Positions 11,311 to 22,662 of a stretch of 64,000 bases of DNA are shown here, in pieces. Location of the stretch: assembly GCA_964016885.1 (NCBI GenBank), contig OZ024753.1, positions 37,696,001-37,760,000 on the forward strand. The letters run 5' to 3'. This DNA comes from Eledone cirrhosa. Lineage: Eukaryota. The notes under the pieces were generated by a model that was given only the letters and a program-made list of their open reading frames with translations, was not told where the DNA came from and did not search any database. A program made the translations under genes and the position numbers. Each line of letters opens with the position of its first letter. Within the stretch, counting starts at the first letter, position 1.

Positions 11311-12300
11311 TCCTTAAAGTCGAAATATATTAATGATTAGAAAGTTGTTATACAGAGAATTAATAGAGTTTACATCTGGATCTTTAGTATGCTGTTTTCG
11401 ATTTTCTTCGCTGTTATTTATTCGGGATAGCTGGATAGTTTCTGTAACTGTGAAATACCTTATTTTCATGGTGCAGCTTTACATTAGGAATTGTTTTTTT
11501 TAAATAAGTAGCTTGTAAAATATAAATAATTCTTATCACAGTCTAAAATTGTTACATTAGTGAAAGACATGTAAAACTTTACACAGTTCTATAATCCACA
11601 ATGAAATTGTTATTTCTTAATATAAAACTTGTAAACGCACGTGTGGTATTGTATATACGTTACTAGAACTGTGTATAATATGAAAACAAGAAATTTTTCA
11701 TATTTATCATATTTGCAGATGATGTGAAATTATATTTCAACATCCACAAATAAAGTAAATTTCTAAAATACGAAATCCGAAACCCGATCGAAAAACTATT
11801 TAAATCGTCTCAAATTGTTTCAAAGTTTATAGTTATATGTAGATGTAAATATTATCGTTTCGGTGAATAGAAGTATTTCTAATAACATCAATAATCACTG
11901 AGAGTTAGATTCTATGTTTTATGTAGGTAAAACTATTACATTTGTAAACATTGTGAATTGTATAGATAGTTACTGTCCGTTACACAGTTTAATGGCTGTT
12001 GTTGTTAATGTTTATATATAGATATTATTTTTGTGTGAAATATATTATATTTCTGTTATCAGTGTGTAAAATTCTGTTTGTTTTATACTACTGTTCAATA
12101 GAAATTATTGATTCACCTCGTGTGTAATAGAATTGTTATTTGATTGTGTTTATCTTAGTGATGTTTATATCGTAATTTTATCAATGTCTAACGATTTATG
12201 TTTGTGTACCTCAGTAATTTGTTCAATTTTACCACTCTTGCTAAAGGGTCCATCCTATATATATTATGTGTTACTCTCTCCTACGTGTTTATATTCCATT

Positions 12301-13204
12301 TTAACCTGATCTGTTAGAAGATACTGTCGGGTTTTCTGGGGGAGATATATTTTCATGCCGAACACAGGATGGGCCGCTATTTGGACTCTTCTTCGCTTTA
12401 GCTTCCGCTACCATTAATTTTAAATTGTCCGTTAATACTGGAAAGAGTCTCTTAAAATCAATATGAGCATAAGCTATCTTTGCAAGAAAGTTGTTCGCTA
12501 ACTCATCTAACACTTTTTCAAACATGTTTTGATCGACGTAGTAATACCATGCCTTGCCCTCACTCGATAATGGTACACACCATTTTGCCCATTTGATTAT
12601 TATATAGAGACATATGCAGCATATCGTATTTGATTTGTACATTAGACAACAGTTAGTTAAACACAGATAAGATGTCATTAATTGATACGATAAACATGTT
12701 ATTTGTTTGTTAGCTTTAATGCTCTGGCATATTTTTACATTATGGAACTGTGGTAAGATGAAAGCGGTATTAAATCCTAAACACATCAATATAATTTCTT
12801 CATAATGAAGTATAGTAGACGACATTTTCTGTAAATACTCTGGGCTGAGCTCTTTATTGCTCATACTATTCAAATCGCTTATAGCTATTGAGACTAAGTC
12901 CTTAAAAACACATGGTCTTTCATGAGATTTAGCAGATAAAAACAAACAAGCAGATCCCATCAGTTTGTAATTGTGTTTTGAACGATTTCAAAACGTAAAC
13001 ACGATGCATATATACAATGGCTATATTTATAATATAATCCTCTAAATACAAACTCTTACCAACTTTATACATGTGGACTGCTGTTTTCTGTCGGAAAAAC
13101 CTTTCTTTGTCGTATGGAAAATCGTCAATTCTTCTCTGGCATATATCGATCAATTCTTCTTCCTTGTAAATCCATCGTTCTCGTACATTATAAACGTTAT
13201 CCAT
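12301..13204 (-). pseudogene. CCNT: Intronless cyclin T-like gene A, unit 1 copy, 2-bp frameshift at ~12975
   Basis: Split ORFs 12929-13246 and 12301-12960; 'ttgtgttttg' here vs 'ttgtatgttttg' in the intact copy. Cyclin T motifs INIAIVYMHR, LFLSAK, KWAKWCVPLSSEGKAWYYYVD, LDELANNFL. Confidence 0.88.
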
Positions 13205-13319
13205 GTTAACAGTAAAATATAAATATCGTGTGTGTATAAGTAGCACTGTATGAATTTGTCCGTTTAATAATATGTACGTAAATAAACGTTTTATGAGGGT
13301 TTAGAACTACGTGGTGTTT

Positions 13320-13480
13320 GTGAAGAAGGTAGCAACACAACTGTAGCTATAGTGAAAATACTACCTGGCTGCTGATTGGTCAACCGTAAAATGAATGGAG
13401 TCACATGGTTTTAGGCGGGACCGGAAATTGTAAAGGGGTTTGGGGTCGTATGAAGCAGAGGTCAATTTCCGGTGATTGAT
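13320..13480 (-). promoter_or_regulatory. Putative promoter of cyclin T-like gene A (also 40922-41082)
   Basis: Locally GC-richer patch 120-270 bp upstream of the ATG: CCAATCAG (ctgattgg 13372), aggcggga (13413), two ETS-like CCGGAA sites (13421, ~13466). Confidence 0.5.
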
Positions 13481-13722
13481 CAACCACGGACACACTTATT
13501 TTTTTCTCTTATGAGACATCCCCTGGTGTGTCTAAACACACACATATATACACATTATATATATATATATATATAGCCCGATAGAGGTTTGTGTGGTTCG
13601 GCTGCATCAAATTTCAATAATACTTCAATTGTTAGCCGCTTTGTTCTTAGTTATCAAAATTAATTTCGAATTATACTTATAAGGAATCAAATAATTTATT
13701 TCCCCTATAGCAAACTATACAA

Positions 13723-13910
13723 CAGGCATGCCAAACTGACGGTCCCTCCGCGGGCCACATAGATCACTTATGTGTTGTCTGATGGCTACACACGACATCT
13801 AGTTGCGCTCATTACAACTAATTTTACCAAGATAAAACATGCTCGCACTATAAAAACCTTTGTGCGGGCCACAGTTGTGCTTGTAAAAGGCCGCATGTTT
13901 GACATGCCTG
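13723..13910. mobile_element. hAT (Charlie-like) MITE (also 41321-41508)
   Basis: TIRs CAGGCATGCCAAAC / GTTTGACATGCCTG; perfect 8-bp TSD CTATACAA. Confidence 0.88.
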
Positions 13911-14474
13911 CTATACAACATATATAAACAGTTTCATTGGGAGATTGAGTGCTGCTGATTATATTGTATCTGAAAAAATGGGGATTGAGAAAACAAATAT
14001 ATTTTTTACACAAAAATAAATGTAGATTTGAATTATCTATTTTTATTAAATAATATATAATAGATATTGTTATTGTTTATAACATTATCAAATCTTTCCC
14101 ACATCGAATAAGCAACTAAACGATAGTAAAATAATGATGTGTAATGTACTGGATTTGATGATCTCTCAGTAGGCTATCAGTTTTTAAATAGTGTAATAAC
14201 TACGATACGATAGAGATATATATACAAAACAATTAAGGTATATATTTCTTTATTAGGAACAAACATTTTCTGGAAGCATAGCATTGCAGCTCATAGTTGC
14301 TCCTACACAATACAGACGATATATTAAAATACTGTATATAACGTATAATTTAACAAAGGCTACAGGTGAATTTACTGACTTATTTTATAAGTCAGTACGG
14401 TTTATATAATTTAGAAATCGATGTTTATCGTACAACATTTAACCGCTCGTTTCTATCTGTTGTATTGTTGGTAT

Positions 14475-14662
14475 GAAGGGAGGGGGGGGGGGGGTGAAGA
14501 AAAAAGAAAGATAAAGAAAGAGGCAAAGAAAGAAAACTACAAAAAAAAAGAAAAAGAGAAACAAAGGAAGCAAGGAAAAAGAGAAACAAAGAAGGAAGAA
14601 AAAGAAAACGGGAGAAGGAAAGAAAGAAAGAGGGAGAGAAAGAGAGAAAACAAGAAAGAAAA
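14475..14662 (+). repeat. Polypurine (A/G) low-complexity tract (also ~42073-42252)
   Basis: Almost only A and G on the + strand. Confidence 0.85.
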
Positions 14663-14966
14663 GTTTCAAGTGAAAATAAACTTTAGTATTCAGTAGAAGC
14701 AGTCGTAACACTTATCTCGCGATAAATAAATAGTTGCATAGAGTTGCCTCCCTTCGTTTAGAGTGATCTTTCTTACATCTAACCTCTTTCTTATATTATA
14801 GTTAATAAGATGTATAAATGTATGTAACTTTTCTTTCTCATACTATTATACAACTGGTTTTATGGCTATCTTCCCCGTCTTCCCCACCACATGCGGGTGG
14901 ATGTAAGTAGAGCATGAGAAGGGTGGAAGAAGGGAGGGGAGTATGGAATGTGAGTAGAGAAGGGAG

Positions 14967-15178
14967 AGGTGGTGGCAGTGGTGGTGGTGGTAGTGGCAGT
15001 AGTGGTGGTGATAGTAGTAGTAGTGGTAGTAGTAGTTGTGGTGATGGTGTTGGTAGTAGTAGTGGTGGTGGTTGTGGTGGTAGTAGTAGTAGTAGTAGTG
15101 GTGATGGTGGTGATGGTGGTGATGGTGGTATTAGTAGTAGTGGTGGCGGTGGTGGTAGTAATAGTAGTGGTAGTGGAG
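14967..15178 (+). repeat. (GGT/AGT)n compound microsatellite (also 42556-42776)
   Basis: Direct inspection. Confidence 0.9.
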
Positions 15179-15465
15179 TATGAGATGAAGGAGGGGGAAG
15201 GCTGAAGGGGACGAATGTTCTATTTTGCTATTTGTATAGTTGATTAATTCGACATGCTAGAAATAGAAGTTAAATCTCTGTCGAATAATAATTACCCTAT
15301 CGTCTTTAAATAAAGACGGTCACATTAGCTACTGAAATCGTAGATACACTGTGATTGAAACGAAGGCAGGTTGGTCATAGCTGGAACGTCTTGCCTCACA
15401 ACCTGAATCTTAAGCTCCAAGTCGATTATGAGTGAGCAGACCTATTCCAGCCATGACTATCCAAT

Positions 15466-15516
<51 letters not shown>

Positions 15517-15701
15517 CGAAAGAATTGTGGTAAGGAACCAGATGGACCATAACACACCAAAGTACTCAATACTTAGGGTAGTAGAGTGGGTAATCACCGT
15601 CCAGAAATAGCCATCGAAACGGCTTGAGCTCTGCCGTCGGGGTCATACTTGTTCCTATATATATATATATATAGAAGTGGCTACACAACAGTGGCTACAC
15701 A

Positions 15702-15744
15702 TACCGAGAACAATAGTTTCACCTTAGCGGATCCTCAGCTCGTA
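15702..15744 (-). ncRNA. Minimal type I hammerhead ribozyme motif, Penelope-type (also 43289-43331)
   Basis: Minus strand: uacgag CUGAGGA uCCgcuaaGGu GAAAC uauu GUU cucg(g)ua; stem I cgag/cucg, conserved core, 2-bp stem III. Confidence 0.55.
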
Positions 15745-16563
15745 ATAGGCACTTCTTTACCCAACGGTCACCCTCCATGCGTATACCAACGCAGTCTTCT
15801 CTCCCGCACACTACAGCTTATCCCTCTTATACACAGTTTCTCTCTCACTCGTCTATGCTTGGTCGTTCACGCACATAAATATAAATATAGATACATACAC
15901 CACTATTATTATATTATTACTTTTAAGGAGTCCAAAAGCCAAAAGGAAAGGAAAACAAAAACAAACACAATTGATGTTCTTTTATATATAGAGAGAGAGA
16001 TCTACCAACTCATAATATTATAAAATTAAATCAAATTATTTAGTACTACAAGTGAAGTCATTCTTTTCCTTTTTTTCATATATACGAAACGGCTTGAGCT
16101 CAGCCGTCGGGGTCCTACTCGTTCCTATATATATATATATATATATATAGGAACGAGTAGGACCCCGACGGCTGAGCTCAAGCCGTTTCGTATATATGAA
16201 AAAAAGGAAAAGAATGACTTCACTTGTAGTACTAAATAATTTGATTTAATTTTATAATATTATGAGTTGGTAGATCTCTCTCTCTATATATAAAAGAACA
16301 TCAATTGTGTTTGTTTTTGTTTTCCTTTCCTTTTGGCTTTTGGACTCCTTAAAAGTAATAATATAATAATAGTGGTGTGTGTATCTATATTTATATTTAT
16401 GTGCGTGAACGACCAAGCATAGACGAGTTGAGAGAGAAACTGTGTATAAGAGGGATAGGCTGTAGTGTGCGGGAGAGAAGACTGCGTTGGTATACGCATG
16501 GAGGGTGACCGTTGGGTAAAGAAGTGCCTATTACGAGCTGAGGATCCGCTAAGGTGAAACTAT
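15713..16563. repeat. ~850-bp near-perfect palindrome with a self-complementary (TA)12 centre; arms resemble a Penelope-like element end
   Basis: 15713-16125 is the reverse complement of 16150-16563 with only a few differences; centre 16126-16149. Confidence 0.93.
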
Positions 16564-16748
16564 ATATAGATATATATATAGCAAGAATTACATTAGTCTA
16601 TGTCTTAGTTTTTTTTTCTTTGAATAATGTTTCATTCACAATTAAAATACTTTAATTTAAATGAGATTAATTGTTGTCTGTAGTCTGTTAGTCTGTACAT
16701 TTCTAGTCACATACTCAGGCCCGCACATGTATGCCTATTTGTGTATGA

Positions 16749-17090
16749 CAGAGGTTCTCAAAGTAGGCGCTACCACCCCCGGAGGTGTTGAGAAGGTCCT
16801 AGGGTGTACTGAGGACTAAGATGATGGTGGGGGTGGTAGAAATGATATAATAGTATATTAAATATCAAATGATATATATTATATATAAATATAGTAAAAT
16901 TAAAAAAAATATATATGTATTTATTTATACATAGTATATATTATATTATTTATTATATATAAATTAACGATTTTATTTATTATATATTATTTATAATATG
17001 CATGTCGGTAGGTCTCTCTGTAAATAGGAGTGGGGGCGTTGAGGGTATTACATGGCCGTGAGGAGGAGAGCAAAAGTTTGAGAACATCTG
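16749..17090. mobile_element. hAT (Charlie-like) MITE (also 44420-44734)
   Basis: TIRs CAGAGGTTCTCAAA / TTTGAGAACATCTG; 8-bp TSD GTGTATGA (perfect in unit 2, one mismatch in unit 1). Confidence 0.85.
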
Positions 17091-17562
17091 TTGTATGATA
17101 TGCTGCGGTAGAAGACATATAGTTAGTATAAATATTTAGTTTTCACAACAAAAAATCCATCGAAAAAGTTTCTTAGAATAAATATTGCTATTTGAAAATT
17201 TATATAAAAACTGATTTTAATATTTTTTACGATGCTGTGCTTACATTTTTTTTTAGGGAGTCTGTGTATATATATATATATATGTGTATGTGTGTGTGTG
17301 TGTGTATGTGTTTACATATTTATTATGTTTCTACTGACCACTACATTAAACCCTTTTAATAAGTAGTTATTGGCCTGTACAGCGAATCTCCCTACTGGTG
17401 GTGGGGCTAGAGAAAGGGAAAGAGTGAGGGAGGGGAAGGAAAGAAGAAAGGGGGCGCTAACAGGCAGAGGGGAGCGGTAATGTTTTCATCAGGGTTTCAT
17501 TTGGGCCCTCACCTGCTGACCACTGCACAAGCTCCACATCTTTCTCGAAATTAGCTTTAAAC

Positions 17563-18462
17563 ATGGATAAAAAGTTGAAAAAAAACATTTTATTAAAGAA
17601 GAAGAAAAATGATATTTTACGTAAAAAGAAAAATGCAGCTAAGCGAAAGATAGAATGGATTTTTACAGAACAACAAATGGTTGACATTTTCAACAGAAGA
17701 CCATTAAGTCCTCAATTTACATACGAAACTGAAATGTATTATCGGCAGAAAACGGGTATATTTATGTCATACGTTAGTCGGCGATTGCTACTCACAGAAT
17801 ATCTATTAAACATTGCTGTGGTTTATATGCATCGATTTTATGTGTATAATTCATTTCAAGAGTTTAGTTATAAACTCATGGGGCCTGTCTGCTTGTATTT
17901 AGCTGCTAAAAATGACAACAAATGTATACGGATTGAACAAATGATTGTTGAAAGTCAAACATATTTTGATCAATCTCAAGATTCACATCGAAATGGAACG
18001 GTCTTTAATCAGATAATCAATGACTTTTTGCGTTACGAAGAAGCTCTCTTAGTCTGTTTAAATTTCGATTTTAACATTTTTCTACCTCATGTTCATGTTA
18101 TCAGTGCATGTCAATTAATTAAAATTGATGACCAATTGATAAAGATTGCTCATCAATTGGCTACATGTTGTTTAGTTTTGACGAATTTTTGTATCAAATA
18201 TAAAGCACAAACTATCGCATGTGTGTGCATCAATTTGTTTATTAAATGGGGAAAGTGGGAGATTCCTTTGTCTACCGAAGGAAAACGATGGCATCGTTAT
18301 ATAGACACTTCTATGAATGATCAATTATTAGAAGAATTGGTGATGGAATTTCTTGAAATACTACACAAGACAAACAGAGATTTTAAGGACCAATTTCCCG
18401 TTTTAACAAAGCACCAAACTGATAATACAGAGGAAGCTGCTACACCCGACGAAAATACCTGA
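17563..18462 (+). CDS. CCNT: Intronless cyclin T-like protein B (299 aa; Lys-rich N-terminus plus cyclin boxes), unit 1
   Basis: Colinear with the cyclin T N-terminal domain: WIFTEQQ, YYRQK, NIAVVYMHRFY..NSF, LYLAAK, LPHVHVI, IACVCI, KWGKWEIPLSTEGKRW..YID, LLEELVMEFLEILHKT. AATAAA at 18711 and 18793. Confidence 0.92.
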   Translation: MDKKLKKNILLKKKKNDILRKKKNAAKRKIEWIFTEQQMVDIFNRRPLSPQFTYETEMYYRQKTGIFMSYVSRRLLLTEYLLNIAVVYMHRFYVYNSFQEFSYKLMGPVCLYLAAKNDNKCIRIEQMIVESQTYFDQSQDSHRNGTVFNQIINDFLRYEEALLVCLNFDFNIFLPHVHVISACQLIKIDDQLIKIAHQLATCCLVLTNFCIKYKAQTIACVCINLFIKWGKWEIPLSTEGKRWHRYIDTSMNDQLLEELVMEFLEILHKTNRDFKDQFPVLTKHQTDNTEEAATPDENT

Positions 18463-18906
18463 ACATTGTTTTTACAACGATTTCAGTTAGGAAACAACAA
18501 ACATTGCAAAACTATCTACATTCCATTCACTTTTATTTTACAGAACCATTAGATATAATTGTAATTTGTTAGTTCTGTACTTCAATCTTAATAATGTGAT
18601 ATATTTTTCCTTTTTATTCTAATTCTACATATTATTTCTATCTCAGTACTGACATTTGATTGATTTTTAATCATTTTAACTATTCTACGTTCGTTTACAT
18701 TTAGTTTTTTAATAAATTTTGTATTAAAAAATAAATGATTTTTAATTTGAATGTGATTTTGTCGTTATTTATTTTATATATTTTTTATTTATTAATAAAT
18801 ATTCCCGATTATACGACTGTTCATATTTTACAATTCGGTTATAGTTTTTACTTTTATTTTGTTATTCAAATATACACATACCTATATAATAATATATATT
18901 AATTGC

Positions 18907-19032
18907 ATTAAGACTAAATAGTGAGTTTTGTTAGCCTGGAGTTTCGCTTGTTTGTCACAGGGTCATCAGACAAGAACATTTGGATAAACAGGCGAAACTC
19001 CAGCGTAACAAGACTCACTATTTAGCCTTAAT
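18907..19032. repeat. Inverted-repeat hairpin containing hammerhead-ribozyme halves (also 46545-46670)
   Basis: ~50-bp imperfect arms. Minus strand: tcttgt CTGATGA ccctgt..acaagc GAAAC. Plus strand: acaggc GAAAC tccagc GTA acaaga. Confidence 0.65.
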
Positions 19033-19994
19033 AAAATTAATATTAATATTACCTACTCCGATATTTAATAGGCTTTTCTCTCAGCCGTAAACCACATACG
19101 GATGATATATATATAGTTATTCAGATCAACGCATCCCTAAACATATATGATAGGATATACGGTTTAATATTATATATAGTGCTTTTGTATATTTATTTCA
19201 TTTACTTTCTCGGCTAGTATACATTTTCTTGATTTTAAAGCTTACGACATGTGGACCTTAACTTGTATATGAATTCAATATTGAAATTAAAAATGTATTC
19301 TTGGTAGTTATATGACGCACGTGTAGAGTAGCCGTTAAGGGTTTAATAATTTTATTCACAGTTGTAAAAATAGCATTACAAATATGTTTTAAATATATAC
19401 ATAACATAACAAATGCGTAAATAACATTATAAATTACTCACAATTCGTTCAGTAGAGTAACTAAAACATATTTGTCTTTATTATCGGGTATTCATAATAA
19501 TAACGTATACTAGGTATGAATTATTTCGCTGGTTTCATACAACACTTTGCTTGAATCTATTAACTATTTTGATACCAAACTGCAAGAGATCGTTCCTCGT
19601 TCTATGAAACAAAACTGTTTATATTTGTTTAAAAACCATCAAAATTTTATGTAAGAACTTTTCTTCGTGTCTGTTCCAAGCACCATTTTAATAATCAGAC
19701 TGTTAGTTATATTATTAAATTCCTCCGCCAATTCTAGTTTATTTTTAAAATCATATGCAGTGTTTCTTTATGAAAAATATGTTAAGGAAAAGGTTAAAGT
19801 AAATTGTAGTACAATTTTTAACATCAACTGTCCTTTATTTTGAACAGATGTCGTTCACTGTAGTTTTGGGTTTATCCTTGTGAATGGTATTGGGTAAGCA
19901 GAACCTCTGCAGGAGTTAATTCTATGTACGATGTCGGATTCATGTTTGAGGTTACACCGGTCTAATGGTGGTGTCCTTTTTATCTCCTAAACTG

Positions 19995-20025
<31 letters not shown>

Positions 20026-20608
20026 TATGTTTATGTGTGCAATAATGGTTTCGGATTTAGGCACAATTCCAACAATCGACCCAGTGCATTACTGGTACTT
20101 TATTTTATCAACCCCGTAAGGATGAAAGGAAAAGTTAACCTCGGCTGGATTCGAACTCAGAACGTATGGAGACGTAACTATATACCGCAAAATATATTGT
20201 CTAACGCTCTACCGCCATGTCAAGCTACTGTCCTTGTGTGTGCAATAATAGTATCTTATGATAGCAGTTGGGTGGAAGGGTAACAACTCTGAAGTAATAC
20301 TGTACTCTACTGTAAGGGACACAACCAACAAGGAATTCTATAAGTATAATTATTGTTTCTATTTTTGGCACAAGGCCAGCAATTATCCCAGTGCATTCTA
20401 TCACATTAAGCTAACCACAAATATTGAACAAGGAGGTATATGGCGTTTCAGTTATAATATAGTTTTATACTCTATGTAAAAGGGTTGTTTCTTTTATTAT
20501 TAATAAAATAACTGAGTGATGTTATTAGAATTAAGAAAATTTGCTGATGTGGGTGAATTACTACAGTGTGTTAATCTGTTTAGTAAGTTGTCTTCCTGTT
20601 GGTATATG

Positions 20609-20813
20609 TTAACCCTTCGGCATTTACATTACTCTATATATACAATTGTATTTTTATGGTAAAGGCTTTATCTCACATAATATCGAATCTATGAGATTTT
20701 GATATTATTTATTTTGCAAACAATACGTTAACATCAGTATGAGTGGCCAGTTATGACCGGTTTGAACAGAAAGGAGGTGAGAGAATTTGGGCCGGTTTAA
20801 ATGCTAGAGTTAA
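20609..20813. mobile_element. piggyBac-like MITE (also 48246-48450; related opposite-orientation copy 28091-28305 and ~55700-55914)
   Basis: TTAA at both ends; imperfect TIRs CCCTT.GGCATTTA / TAAATGCTA(A/G)AG; internal similarity between copies. Confidence 0.6.
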
Positions 20814-21829
20814 ACTGTCTCTAACATATACAGATACAGAGCCAGATTTATACTTGGTAAGGACTTAAGCTATATAAAGCTGGAGGTCCCTTGTTTTAAA
20901 AACAAATTACACCAGATCTTGTAATCAATACCTATGTATTTTTAATATTTTCACGTTTTAAATCAGGTAAAGTAGCCATAGTTATTTTAAAAAGGGGGAC
21001 AGGTCCCAAAAGAAATGTCTATCATAATAGGCATTTGTGTTAGGTCACACACATTTCATTCAGGCTTTAAAAAATGTCCAACAAAACAGTGAATGCCAAT
21101 ATGGTGCCCCTACAACTCCATCAGGAGTTACGAGGGAAAACTATATATATATATATACATAATCCTCATCATCATCTCCGTTTATATATGAGGGAAGAGA
21201 CACCCTAGCAAGGTTGATAAAATAAGTACTTAGATTGTCTCCACTATATCACTTCCTTGCAAAGGAAGTGGTACAATGGAATAGCTTAATCTTTAGTACA
21301 CTTGAGCACCCCCTTCTTAAGAATGGAAGACAATTAAAGAGATTAATAGCAGACATTGACTGACTGTGTGCCCTTTTTGTATCGGTCTCTATCGGGACCT
21401 CCTGTGTCTTTCAAAAGGATGACAGGGAGAGCTAACTTAGGAGGGATTTGAAATCTGAATGTAAAGAGATGGAATAAATACAACAAAGTCTTTTGTTTGA
21501 CACTAACAAGTCTGCCCATCCATTACCTTAAAGAATAAGAAGGGTTTCTAATTTAGGTACAAGTCCAACAATACTTTGGAGAGGAATGGGAAAGTCGATT
21601 AAGTCAACACCAGTGTGTTACTGGTACTTTATTTTTTATCAACCCCGATATAGAGTGTTGGACAAAATGCTTTGTTATTTGTTGCGACTCTTCACATTCT
21701 CAGTTCAGATCTTGCCGAGGTCAACTTTGCCATTTATCCTTCCATGGTTGATAAAATATAAAGTACCAGTCAACTTTCACCTCACTCCAAATTGCTGACA
21801 TTGTACCTAAATTAGAAACAAATATTATA

Positions 21830-21944
21830 CAGTGAAATTCCGTTATAATGAAAAATTCTTTATAACGAGATCTGAAACAAATTGAGTGTTTGTTTGTTTG
21901 TTACCTCAGGGATTGAAAAGTTCGTTATAACTGAATTTTACCTG
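21830..21944. mobile_element. Tigger/pogo-like MITE (also 49465-49579)
   Basis: TA|CAGTGAAATTCCGTTATAA ... TTATAACTGAATTTTACCTG|TA. Confidence 0.6.
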
Positions 21945-22525
21945 TATTGCCATTATTATCAACATTAGAAGGACATCCAGCTGAAAATAATATTTGTTCC
22001 AACAACACAAACATGAACATTTGTAAAAAATGACATGTGCTGAGGAGAAATAAAAGAGAAAAGCAGAGATTTAAAAAAAAAAAAAAAAAGAATGTATGCA
22101 TTGTATATTTTTTAAAAAACATTTTGAAGGTCTTTCGCTATAAATTTTAGGGCAGTGACTGACGTCACATACCTAGCTTCGGCAAAAACAATTCATAGTG
22201 AAAGGCCTTCAAAATGTTTTTAAATAAACATACAGTATATTATTAAATATACAACACGTACATTCATATATATATATCACTATTTCAGAGCTCCAATACA
22301 AAAAAAATTGAAATGAAACAGAAAAATATAAAGTTTCAATGTTGTTTGTTTTAATATCGTTTTTAACATATTGCCCATTATATATATATATATATGTATG
22401 TATGTATATATATATATATATAAGTATTTTATTACAGATTATTGAAATGGTTAAATTAGAACAAACATATCTTTCTAATAATAGCAGATTTGTCAAAACA
22501 ATTGTTAGATAAGCCCCAGACAGAT

Positions 22526-22662
22526 ACCGGGGTGCTGAAAATTTCCTGGTTTGAAGGGCATTGCGAACGAAAGGGTGGGAATATGTTGAATAAAATCATA
22601 ATTAACTAATCCTCCTGTATTTTCTTTTACCCAAAGCCAGGAACTGTTCAGCAACCCCAATA
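22526..22662. mobile_element. Tc1/mariner-like MITE (also 50160-50296)
   Basis: Imperfect TIRs GGGGTGCTGAAAATTTCCTGG / CCAGGAACTGTTCAGCAACCCC, TA-flanked. Confidence 0.65.

Noticed and set aside
14421-14711. Lys/Glu-rich and Phe-rich ORFs
   Set aside because: Translations of a polypurine tract; the frame is not preserved between units.
14914-15205. Gly/Ser-rich and poly-Val ORFs
   Set aside because: Translations of the (GGT/AGT)n microsatellite.
21942-21980. Apparent 39-nt minus-strand exon (tttcag|...|gtaaaa)
   Set aside because: The donor coincides with the end of a Tigger-like MITE, and there are no partner exons or recognisable peptide.
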